Of a stretch of 64,000 nucleotides of DNA, positions 52,386 through 64,000 are shown piece after piece. This DNA is from Paraspadella gotoi (Eukaryota > Animalia > Chaetognatha), in assembly GCA_051294375.1 (NCBI GenBank), contig CM119269.1, positions 12,192,896 to 12,256,895 on the forward strand, read 5' to 3'. Position numbers and translations under genes: made by a program. Position 1 is the first letter of the stretch, and every line of letters starts with the position of its first letter. The notes below the pieces were generated by a model. That model did no database searches and was not told the origin of the DNA. It worked only from the letters and a program-made list of their open reading frames with translations.

Positions 52386-52781
52386 AGAAGATGACTAATG
52401 ATGACCATTATATACGGTTGGAATTCAAAGATCGTTGTCAAATTTTTAACTACGAAGACTTTATTCAGCGTCCTTGGGTGGTCGTAGTGGAAAAAGAGAG
52501 AAAAGGAGAGAGAGAGAAGAGAGAGAGAAGAGAGAGAGAAAGAAGAGAGAGAGAGAGGAGAGAGAGAGAGAGATGGTGACTGGTTCCGTTGGCTGCCTGC
52601 GGTTCAAAGCGGTGAATGAGAGAGAGAGAGAGAGAGAGAGAGAGCAGAGAGAGAGAGATGAGAGAGAGAAGAGAGAAGAGAGAGAGGAGAGAGAGAGAGG
52701 AAGGGGGAGGGTGAGGGAGATAAAAGGAACCGATTATCGTAGTTGTCGTCGTCGTCGTTAATTAAGTCACCAGTTGAGGAT

Positions 52782-52838
52782 CTTCATGCTTCATGCTTCA
52801 TGCTTCATGCTTCATGCTTCATGCTTCATGCTTCATGC
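52782..52838. repeat. 7-bp tandem repeat (cttcatg)n
   Basis: Direct inspection. Confidence 0.9.
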
Positions 52839-53076
52839 TAGATAGCCGCAAATGACAGCAATGACCATTGCGACGCCTGTTGCAGTACCAGATGATCTCA
52901 TCTCGTGTCGCACAAATTTAAGAATGGAGAGTGTTAATTTTGAACTATTTAATGCATAATTAAATCGAACAATTACGAAGCGTGGAGGCTTCGCCATGTA
53001 ATTATCATTATCTTGGATATCACACGCAACTTTGATGGCTTTTTAGACCCAACAGAACGAAACTCTGACGGGGAGA

Positions 53077-53122
<46 letters not shown>

Positions 53123-53154
53123 GAGAGAGAGCAACTCCAGCCGCTGATCAGGAT

Positions 53155-53192
<38 letters not shown>

Positions 53193-53305
53193 CCATAGGA
53201 ATTTTGTGTTGAGCCTTATGCAACCAATGGAGAGGCTTTCTAACTTCTTTCAAGATGCCGCCCGACGACGACGACGCCGACGACGACGACGACGACGACA
53301 CTTAC

Positions 53306-54095
53306 CTTGTATCCCCCGGCGGTAAGGCCCGCGTTCCGTTTCGCCAAAACGCATTTCATTCTGATGAAAAAACTTCGCTCGATTTCGTATTCCGTCAAAA
53401 CGTGGCTAAAATAATTAGGAGATAAGTTTAAAATTAATATTTTTAATATTTAGTATTTAGTATTAAAACTTGATTCTCACCTGTGATAAGGGGTTTGAAC
53501 TGTCAGCAAAGATGTCATTTCGTCGTGATCCGCCGGGTGAATGTATTCATAAATACTGTTTCCGGTTAATTCAACCTTAATTAAAAAAAAGAGTAGTATT
53601 TAAAAATAATTTAAAATACTTGAAATAAAACGTTTTAAGATTTTTAGAGCGTAAATTTTAAATTTTTAAAGTTCAAAAGTAAAATCATCCGAAAATAAAT
53701 TAAATATCTACAGCACGATTCAATATCTTATCTGCAGCATCTCTAATTCGAACATCTGCAGCAAGTCTTGCTCCTGTAGCTATGGTACTCCCAAATCTCT
53801 CATCCGCCGCCTTTCAAAACTACATCTGCAGTTCCCCAGATGCTGTATCTCTAAATACATAAGTTGCAGCACTTCTGAACCCTCCAACTGAAGCAACATC
53901 CACCACAACCCACCTGCGAGAGTCCTAGATGCACGGACGCCGTCTCCGAGATGTACATGATCTTCCCGTCAGGAGCGATGACGAAGATAAACCCGTCCAA
54001 AGTCTGAAGTAGATGCGACCCCAAGTCTTTGGCCAAAGGGCCTTCCAGGGGATTCTGGCTGGCCGGCCGGGTCGCTCCCCAGTGGTCGCCCAGGC
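53306..54095 (-). CDS. sim: Second, in-frame copy of the three PAS-A exons of sim (redundant assembly copy or other haplotype)
   Basis: Exons 54095-53914 (182 nt), 53575-53481 (95 nt) and 53405-53306 (100 nt) splice in frame: [69 protein letters not shown]. Introns are near-identical to those at 47.7-48.5 kb. Confidence 0.85.
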
Positions 54096-54277
54096 CTAAA
54101 TTTTTAATATTTTAAATTTAAATACAATAGTATTCTCTTATCTAATACTAAAAAAGAGTATTTCTCTGTATAGAAATGAAACATTTTGAAGAATGTTATT
54201 CTGTTGATGTTCATGGGAAAGTCAGGTACCCTGGGAATGAATAAACGAGACTGTGAGAAAGTCTTGATTAAATTTTT

Positions 54278-54313
54278 TCTCATCCTGATCAGCGGCTGGA
54301 GTTGCTCTCTCTC

Positions 54314-54359
<46 letters not shown>

Positions 54360-54741
54360 TCTCCCCGTCAGAGTTTCGTTCTGTTGGGTCTAAAAAGCCA
54401 TCAAAGTTGCGTGTGATATCCAAGATAATGATAATTACATGGCGAAGCCTCCACGCTTCGTAATTGTTCGATTTAATTATGCATTAAATAGTTCAAAATT
54501 AACACTCTCCATTCTTAAATTTGTGCGACACGAGATGAGATCATCTGGTACTGCAACAGGCGTCGCAATGGTCATTGCTGTCATTTGCGGCTATCTAGCA
54601 TGAAGCATGAAGCATGAAGCATGAAGCATGAAGCATGAAGCATGAAGCATGAAGATCCTCAACTGGTGACTTAATTAACGACGACGACGACAACTACGAT
54701 AATCGGTTCCTTTTATTCACCTACTACCTCCTCCCCTCTCT

Positions 54742-54773
<32 letters not shown>

Positions 54774-55060
54774 TCTCTCTTCTCTCTCTCTCTCTCTCTG
54801 CTCTCTCTTCTCTCTCTCTCTCTCTCTCATTCACCGTTTTGGAAACCGCAGGCAGCCAACGGAACCAGTACCATCTCTCTCTCTTCTCTCTCTCTCTCTC
54901 TCTCTTCTCTTTCTTCTCTCTCTCTCTTCTCTCTCTTCTCTTTTCTCTCTTTTTTCCACTACGACCACCCAAGGACGCTGAAATAAAGTCTTCGTAGTTA
55001 AAAATTTACAACGATCTTGAATCCAACGTATATAATGGGTCATCACGTCATCTCCTCTCT

Positions 55061-55148
<88 letters not shown>

Positions 55149-55905
55149 CAGTTGGCTTTCCGTTTTCTTTAAGATTCATGACGCCAAAACAAAAATGTTT
55201 TTTGTTTTTGTATTCCTCGGATTTCGTTCGCCTTTTGTTCGATTTTTGTGCTTCGCTTTTTTGTTCTTCTTTGTAAAACCGAAAAAGAAGAACGCGTCTC
55301 GTTGGTTTGGGAAGATTAGTATGTTTTTTTTTCGGCTGCTTGTCTGTATGATTGTCTGATTAACCGATTTGCCTATCTGATTGTCTGATTAATGAGCCTA
55401 TCCTAATTGCCTAATATAATCTGTCTGTTTAAGAGACTGTTCTCCTACTGTAAATATACAATTTGTATCTTCTAAGGCAATTATCATATCCGAATAGATT
55501 TACAATCTATTCTGCCGTCACATTTGAAGATTAATTCACAGCCTTTTTTTATTCTTCCCCCGATAATTTTTTTGGGATTTATATAGATAATTTTTAGTTT
55601 ATATTAAAAATTATTTACTTTCCTTGTGAATGTCTACTGAAGCGAAGGGTATAATAAAGGTTTTTATATTAGTGTCTTTTCACTTCTTCCGTCGGTATAT
55701 TCTTTCTTTCCTCCTTTTCCTCCTTCCTTCTTGTCCTTCTTTCCTTCTTTCCTTCCATCTTCATTCTATTCTCCTTTTCCATTTTTCACATTTTCCTCCT
55801 ATCTTTTTCCTTCTCCATCTTTACCTATATCCCTCTTTCTCTTTCTTGCCCATTTTCCATCCATCCTCTCTCCCATCTCTCTCTCTCTCTACTCTCCTCT
55901 CTCTA

Positions 55906-55951
<46 letters not shown>

Positions 55952-56913
55952 CTCCCAACGTCGCAATTAGACGTCTGGCAAACAAACTTCTCTTCTTCCG
56001 AGAATCGAACCCAGTTTAGAACCAGAAAAATTTCTGTTCTTTTCCTCGGAAAAAAAAATTTGTGAACTCCCGCACCTGGAACCCAAGAACCTCAAAATTT
56101 TGAACCCCGATATCTCGAAACTAGACTCTGAAAACCCTAGTTAATATTTGCGAGACAGAATTATTTCTGTAATATTTATCTTTAAGACACCATTGGAGGA
56201 AAGTAAAATTTGAAGGCTTTTCAGAAACAAACCTATAAATAATTTTTATAATGGTCTATAATGGTCATTATTCATGTGTTTCTAAAACATTATATGAAAA
56301 TTGGGTCTTTAATATAATCGTATTCCTGCCAATAGAGAGAAAAATCCTAAGAGAAACGCCGGGGGCCCGCCCACCAAGCTTTCTTCTTTTGTTTGTTACA
56401 GGGTGAACCATTATTTTGGAAGGACATTGTTATCTCCTTTTCCAAATCGGTACCTTGTCTGCTCTGTTTGGCCAAGGGTTGACAAGAAGCAGAGTGAGTG
56501 AGTTGAGAGATAAAAGAGAGAGAAAGAGAGAGAGAGAGAGAGGAGAGAGGAGAGAGAGAGAGAGAGTTTTTGTATCATCCGAAGCTAAATTTCCTCCGGT
56601 TTCTCCCGCGGGGCTCGAAAAGGGCGGGGAAAAATGAAACGAAAGGGTTGAAAGAAAATATTACATTGTTTATTGTTAATTTTATTCATAATTTTCAGCT
56701 GGGGCGGTTGTTATGTGGTCAAAAGATTTCTGTTGAGTGTGTTGAGGCGTTAGAGAGATCAAATTTTATCAAAACAAAATGAGATAAAAATGTTCCATAC
56801 GCGTTATTAACAGATTTTTGTATCCGTTTCATGAATTATCAACAAACGGTTTTTATAAACAAGACATTTACTAATCTGTCAAAGAAACTTTTTCCCGAGG
56901 GATGACGCTGGTT

Positions 56914-57007
<94 letters not shown>

Positions 57008-57825
57008 TCTCTCTCTCTCTCTCTCTCTCTCTCCTAATGCAGACTGCGGATGAGTGAGAGAGCATCTGTCTTCACTCTCAAAAAATAAATAAAATCCCCC
57101 CGCCCTGTTTTGAGAATAATATGCAAGATAGTCGTAAGTTAGTTGTAAGTTAGTAGCAAAATAACAGCAGTAAAAATCCTTGTAAAAATTAGTATGTCAC
57201 CTTAAAACATTAATTTAAATTATCATGACAGATTGTTAAAAACCATATCGACTGTATAATAAAATAGAAAAATACTTTGAGGCGTTGAAACAAAAGGTTT
57301 CAAAATTTGAAGAAAAGTTTTGTCTCTTGGGACAAAGAAAGTTGAAAGACAAGGCTCAGAGACATAGAAGGTTGAAAGACAAGGCTCAGAGACATGGAAG
57401 GCTCTAAAGAGATTTCGGAGAGTTAAAGCACTCAACCCTTCACAATTAACTTCATCGCGATTAAATGATTTGCCACGCCCACTTTGGCTTAATCACTTAA
57501 TAAAGTCTCATGGACGCTTTCATTGGGGCAAACCAATTTCCTTCCTTGCTTAGCTGCCGCAATGAACTCAAATTAGATGCGCCTTACAATTGGCTATCCA
57601 TTTAGCGACAATGTCTCTCTCTCTCTTTCTCTCTATCGCGCTGACTGTCCTTCCTTTTCCTGCAAGTCGAAGATCTGTGTCAGATTGGGAGAAGCTCTTT
57701 CATGGTTTGTGTACCAGAGGATGGGACATTAATGGATGGGAGAATGAGGAGGAGAAGGAGGAGGAGGAGGAGGAGGAGATGAGAAAGATGAGTTAAAGAG
57801 CGAAAGAGGGCAGCAGTGAGGAGGG

Positions 57826-57900
<75 letters not shown>

Positions 57901-57979
57901 AGAAGAGCTTGCGTTGGATACAAGGACCGGAAATTCATTCATGAATTTGAGATTATGGAAGTGAGAGAGAGCGAGAGAT

Positions 57980-58010
<31 letters not shown>

Positions 58011-58754
58011 CAGAGAGACAGAGAGCACGTGCGAATAACGAGTGAGAACAGTGAAAGAGTGGTAAAAACTTCAACAGCTTTTAACACAGACCAGAAAAAA
58101 CGAAAGAATTAAGATTTTTTTAAAATTTAAAGTTACACATGTTTGTTATGAAATTTGTGGACAATTTCAAATTAAATCCATTAAATTTTTTTGACTTTGG
58201 ACAATGGACAGTAGGTGGGAGTGATTGAACAATGTTTTTTGTTGTTGTATACGAAATGAAAAATAATTGGGCCTTTTTAAAAAAAAATTTAATAAAAATT
58301 TATTTTGAATTTTCTTTATAGTAATATTCTTATAAAATCATAAAATTTTTAAAATAATTTTAAGAACTGTTTGGTTTCGCCGAAAAAAACTAAGAAACTT
58401 TTGTAAATTATTTTTATGATATTTTCATGTTAAAGCTGCGAAAAATGAGTTAAAACGTTTAATCAATAATAGTTTCTATTACAGAGAATGAAAAAAAGTG
58501 GAATTTTTTTTTTCGTATTTGACGCTGAAGTCCTCGAATTCTTGATAACATGTGTTTTATTTTTTTGGTCTAACTTTTATGAAGAATTGAAATCTGTAAT
58601 AAAAATTCAAAATAAAAATTTATTTATGAAAATATTACTATAAATATATTGCATTTAATTATTCTGTTCCCCAAACAGTATGAAAAAACTATTTTTTGTA
58701 CTCGATAATCATACTATCTCATATCTAAATATCCTTGTTTGTTCACTTAAATCT
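54278..58754. other. Inverted duplicate of about 48690-53160
   Basis: Mirror-image ORFs in the track (e.g. 50382+/56871-, 49649-/57590+, 51416-/55630+). (CTTCATG)n at 52.8 kb reappears as (CATGAAG)n at 54.6 kb. Ends at an N gap. Confidence 0.92.
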
Positions 58755-58860
58755 NNNNNNNNNNNNNNNNNNNNNNNNNTGTTAAAAGCTGTTGAAGTTT
58801 TTACCACTCTTTCACTGTTCCTCACTCGTTATTCGCACGTGCTCTCTGTCTCTCTCTCTG

Positions 58861-58891
<31 letters not shown>

Positions 58892-58970
58892 ATCTCTCGC
58901 TCTCTATCTCTCGCTCTCTCTCACTTCCATAATCTCAAAATTCATNNNNNNNNNNNNNNNNNNNNNNNNN

Positions 58971-60897
58971 GGAAAGGAAAGAGAAAGGGAAGAAAGAAAA
59001 GAGAAAGGGAGGAGAGAAAAAGGGAAAGGAGAAAGAAAAAGAAAGGAGGAAAGAAAGGAAAAATGGAGGAAAAAGAGAAAGGGAGGAGAGAAAAGAGAAA
59101 GGGAGGAATGAAAGGAAAGGAAAGTTGATAACCGAGTAGTTAGCGTATACAACTTCTAAGCTATTGGGAAGAACTGAGTTGGACGAGGCAGTTTTCTAGA
59201 CGTCAGTTCAACCTCAGTTCGCTCCCTTTTTCCTAATCCTTTTTAAATTTTTAATTAGTTAATTAATTAGTCTTTTTGGGTTCTTTTAGCTGTTTTTTTT
59301 TGGGTGGGTTTTTAATGCCACCTGCCTATTACTCATTCTCAACTTCCTACCATCCCTCATTATTCTTTCACATTTCCTTACCTTCTTCATCGCTGACTCG
59401 ATCGCGATTCTCCCTTTTCCTCCTCATCCGGTTTCAGCGGCAGCAGCGTCGGCGCTTCTTTCGCCGCGGGCAGCTTTTCTCGCCTCACCCCGCCGCCGCC
59501 GCTTCCGCTGAGGTCGTATACGGGAGCAGCGGCTGCCCGACGCTGGGCGTATGGGTAAGCGCGAGTATCGGAAGGAAGTATCGTTCTTCGGAGTCGTACA
59601 GGTAAGGGGCTCTCTCCTCCACGAATCTGTAAAAGATATTAATTATAAATTCTAATAATAATTTGAATATTTTTAAAAAGTCTTACCTTGGTGACTCTGG
59701 TAAGCGTACATAGCGACGACGGGCCGAATGCGCCGGTGAGCGTGAACCTGCGCCGCCGCCCGCGCGCGTATGACGCCGCAGAGTGGGTAAGAGCCGCACC
59801 GTATCTTTCCATCGGACTCCTTAAGAAGTAAGGTCGAGAAAAGGTGACATAGGGTAAGTTTGAAAAGGATTCAGAGTGAGACTCTCCATCTTGTTTTTCC
59901 TTACCTGATAAGATAGCGCCGTGGACGGATAAGCAGCGGCCGCAGCGCCGCCGCGCCGTCAGAGCGCGGGGGAATTGTGAGGCGCTTCCGTCGCCGATCC
60001 CGTGGCGGTGTTGGCGCCGTCAGTCGGCGATGGATAAGAGTCCGGCGTCGCCAAAGTCGCTTCCGCCGGCGCCGGCGACGCCGATGCCGACGGGCGGCGT
60101 CGAATAGGGAGGACTTTCTCGACGAAGATTTAATCTAAGAAAAGAATAGTTCCTTTAATCTCATTTGCATATTGTAGTTACGCCATTAACTAATAATAGA
60201 GTTTTGGTTGTTTATAAAATGATTAAAAAAAAAATACTGTATCATTTCGACGTTTTCGTTATTAATAAAAAAAATAATAAACACAAAAACAGAAAGTTCG
60301 AATAGTGTGTCTTTAAAAAATTGAAAAAAAAAATTGACTCCTTATTTTATTTTATGCTTCATGACTGTTTATCTGTGAATAAAACGAACTTATTTGATAA
60401 TTTAGATGCGATTGATTTTCCTGGCGTTTTGAGAATAGGAAAACGCTAAATTCTAAAACGAAAAAAGATTATATTTTTATGACAATTTGTATTTTTAGAA
60501 GAAAAAAAAAACGAATACGAATTAATCGTGATCCGACTATTTACCATGTTATTTTTAAAATTATTTTTAAAATTAAAACAAATATTCAGGTTCCTCACCT
60601 TCGCACTGCTTTTGCCTTTCCCGACGCGGCTTAACGCCGCTGTCCCGGACGACCGCTGCCGCTGCGCTGCGCCAAAAGGAGAATCCCGCCGCCACCCGCT
60701 CGCCGACGCGGCGGCGCCGAGATGGTCTCGATTGGCTGCGCCGCCGCCCAAGGTCTGTTCCAACTGAAGCTGAGCATCTTCTTTGGCTGAACCTCACTGG
60801 TGGCGGGCGGGATGGCAGATTAGTACTATGTGGTTACGTCGGTGATCATTGTGGTCGAAATGTGGTTAAAAATGTGGTCGCAAGGAAATCAGGTACT

Positions 60898-60984
<87 letters not shown>

Positions 60985-61613
60985 CTCTCTCTCTCTCGTC
61001 CAGTACGTATCGGAACAAATAATCTTTACATCTGACCGAGCAAAAGTTCTGAAACTTTGAAATGGTAATAACGTGGCCTCGTGAGTTTGTGAGATCAAGA
61101 TTAAAATTCACCTCTCAAGACGTAATTGACGGACACGATGCAATGAGACGAGATGACCTCGAATTGTGGCACTATGGTGGCGTAAGATTGCATCCAGACC
61201 CATCCACCATCTTTGGCCATGAAGCGATAGTATTTGGTCGTCACTTGTCCTTTTAAGCAGAACTGGCCGATTTAAGATTGAGATTTAGGTATTAAGATTC
61301 AGGATTTCAGAAAAACCTGGAGATTTATGATTATAATTAAAACTGGAAGATAAAGTAGCGATTTAAAAACGTATTAATCGAATTAAATTAATGTAGCTAT
61401 CGAGGACAAAATAATACTAAATACACATCAAAAAAGAAAAAAAAATCAATTCTGTAGGCGGTTTTTTTTCGGCGACCGGATGCTGTGGAAATAGTTTCAT
61501 ATAGATAGTTATTCCCTTCATGGGTGTTCCGATTAAGTGTGAAGAACGAGGCAGATTTGGAGGACAATACGGTGAAGTATGACCCCTCAAGCCGGAAAGA
61601 AAGAAAGAAAGAA

Positions 61614-61653
<40 letters not shown>

Positions 61654-62414
61654 AGAAGAAAGAAAGAATTAAAGAAATAAGAAAGAAAGAAAGAAAAGAA
61701 GAAAGAAAGAAAAGAAAAGAAAAGAAAGCCTAAGGTAAAAGAGGCGTTAATTGAAAGGCCAAGTGTTAATGAGGTTAAACGGTTATTAAATAAGATTCCC
61801 TATCGCCTCCTGACAAAGCTAAAAAAAAGGAGTCAACTCTCTCTGCATTGGTTTAGGGTCTTGTTGACAATTACAAGATTAATTATATCAAATAATTGTT
61901 CAAATATTGTATCAAAATATATGTAGTTTTGCGCGTTTTTTTCAAAAAGCTTTTCGATTTCCTCCTGTTCCACTTTTTAAGACAGTTTTGTTTACAGTTT
62001 TTTGATGAAGGCGAAGCATCCAAATGCAATTATGTGTCAAAGGCGGTCCACTTTTCACCGCGATAAGTTTCATCCTAATTTCAAAGGAAGACTCCTTTTT
62101 GACAAAAATCGTTTGTTATTTTTTGATAAATGTCCCCGAAAGAGTAAATCCATTATTAGCAAAGTTGAGGCGTGATCTACGAGCGAACGATGTTAGAAAA
62201 AAAAGAATATTTATAAATTTATGCTCTTGAGCAAAGGAAAGAAAGAAAGAAAAGATAGAAAGAAAAGAAAAAGAGAGAAGATTTATTATCTTCATCTGGA
62301 GCATTCGACATGTCTCCTCTCTTTCAAAAGTTATATGAGAAACTTAGAGAAGAGACAAACTTCCTCTAAATACGATGATAAACTGAAGAGAGCGAGAGCG
62401 AGAGAGAGAGAGAT

Positions 62415-62470
<56 letters not shown>

Positions 62471-63695
62471 AATAAGGAGTTGATTTTATAAACGGATAAG
62501 TCGTGGCTTCGTGAACCGTCCACCAATCACCAAACGCCACAGGCGAAGATTGGCGCGCTTAAGAGAGAGAGACAGAAAAACTGCGTCACAAAAAGTCTTT
62601 TAAATTCAATCGCGTGACGTGGATTTCACATCGTCCAGCCGGTTGAAAAAAAGACGATGTAAGCGATTTAGTTTTAAGAGGATCAATTAAATTTAGCGAA
62701 TGATTTATAATTAAATTTAATCCGAAAAAATAATAACCGTCGACCCTGAACCGACGTTCCAATGATGGCCTTTACTTATAGACATTGAAATTGCACATTG
62801 CACAATGCAAATTGCACATTGCACAATACAAATTTCATGTGGACGAACAAGTTAATTGAAACAAGAGTAAATTCTCCCTTTCGGGCAAAACGTAACCAAA
62901 ACATCACATTTCATTACGTTACGTAATCACGCGGAAAGGAAAGCGTTAGAGCGAGGTGACAGGTGACATCGAAGACGACGACGACGACGAACGACGACGA
63001 CGACGACGACGACGAAGACGAGACGACGACGACGACGCACGCTAAGGGGCGCCGGACCACCGGCGACGCTGATCTCTTTTCTCTCCTTAAACGAAAACTC
63101 ATCGAATCCAAATTGGATTGGAGATTTTTCTTCTTTTTTTTTAATTTTGACGACAGAAGATATCGAAGTTTCGATCTTTTCCTTGGAACAGATTAAGATT
63201 GTTTAATTAGTTTTGAGTTTTATAAAAAAAAGTGTGGGTTTTTTTCGTTTTTTTGTGGGGGAACATTTACGTCAATAAGTCAATGTTTACGTAAGGAAGA
63301 CGCCCGGACCCCAATTCCGAGAAGAAGGTTACATTGTGAACAGTTTCTAAACTGAAACTAGTTTCTTAGACTTACGGGTGTGGTGGCAGTAGCGCATGTG
63401 CATGATGTCACAGCCATGGATGTAATGGAAGAGAGTTTTTTCTATGAGATCTTGAGGTTCGTATCCGTTAGGTGGGCCACTCTGTGAGAGGGAGACAGAG
63501 AGATGGAGATAGAGTGTTAGCTCTCCTCTAACACTAGGGTCTAAAGTTTTCATGTCAACATCGCTTTAAAAAGAGATAATATAAAGGTGTTATTGTATTC
63601 AATTGTGTTAATATCGTTTTTGATATTAATATAAAAAAATAAAGGTTCTTGGAGAGAAAGAGAGAGAGAGAAGAGATAGTTTTGGAGATAGGGGT

Positions 63696-63765
<70 letters not shown>

Positions 63766-64000
63766 CGTCTTACCTGGCGTCCAAGAAGATAAGTTTGAGA
63801 TCTAGTGACGCGCGAAACATAAACATGTTTCCGTACATTTTGATTTCTGTGATGGCAGAGGAGGAAGGGAGTGACCGCCTGCGACGAGGCCGACGTTCTG
63901 AGACAAAGAAATCGCAAAGAGAAATCACAAGAGAAATCACAAGAGAAATCACAAGAGAAATCACAAGAGAAATCGCAGTTAATCACAACTGATGAACAAA
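58971..64000. other. Direct, indel-containing duplicate of about 40385-45277 (middle of sim)
   Basis: Colinear copy of the sim exons from 40801-41048 through 45045-45169, with frameshifting indels; starts after an N gap. Confidence 0.92.

Noticed and set aside
867-63992. Most ORFs in the six-frame track (poly-RE, SL, EK, PS, YY)
   Set aside because: Read-through of (AG)n, (CT)n, (GAAA)n and (TAA)n microsatellites; no coding signal.
34362-64000. A tandem cluster of several sim paralogues or pseudogenes
   Set aside because: Copies are near-identical in introns, differ mainly by scattered indels and abut N gaps, which points to assembly redundancy rather than gene-family expansion.

Overview
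Eukaryotic (metazoan invertebrate) genomic DNA. It is AT-rich and saturated with (AG)n, (CT)n, (TAA)n and (GAC)n microsatellites, has GC-rich spliced exons, and comes from a draft assembly with N gaps. Two genes can be reconstructed exon by exon: an inward-rectifier K+ channel (Kir/KCNJ family, + strand, 26.5-30.7 kb) and single-minded (sim, bHLH-PAS, - strand, 38.4-48.5 kb; I could not find its bHLH exon in the window). Also present: tRNA-Asn(GTT), tRNA-Ser(GCT) and a truncated tRNA half; a dead non-LTR retrotransposon RT fragment; a hAT-type MITE with TIRs and an 8-bp TSD; two Helentron/DINE-1-like non-autonomous families; several fold-back palindromes; and an unidentified Gly-rich spliced gene at 18.3-20 kb. 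Much of 34-64 kb is redundant direct or inverted copies of the sim locus with indel noise, most simply explained as assembly or gap-filling artefacts. Almost all ORFs in the supplied track are microsatellite read-throughs. I found no well-supported new biological system. The best leads are the orphan gene, the atypical Kir residues and splicing, the Kir-sim adjacency and the nested rolling-circle-type elements.
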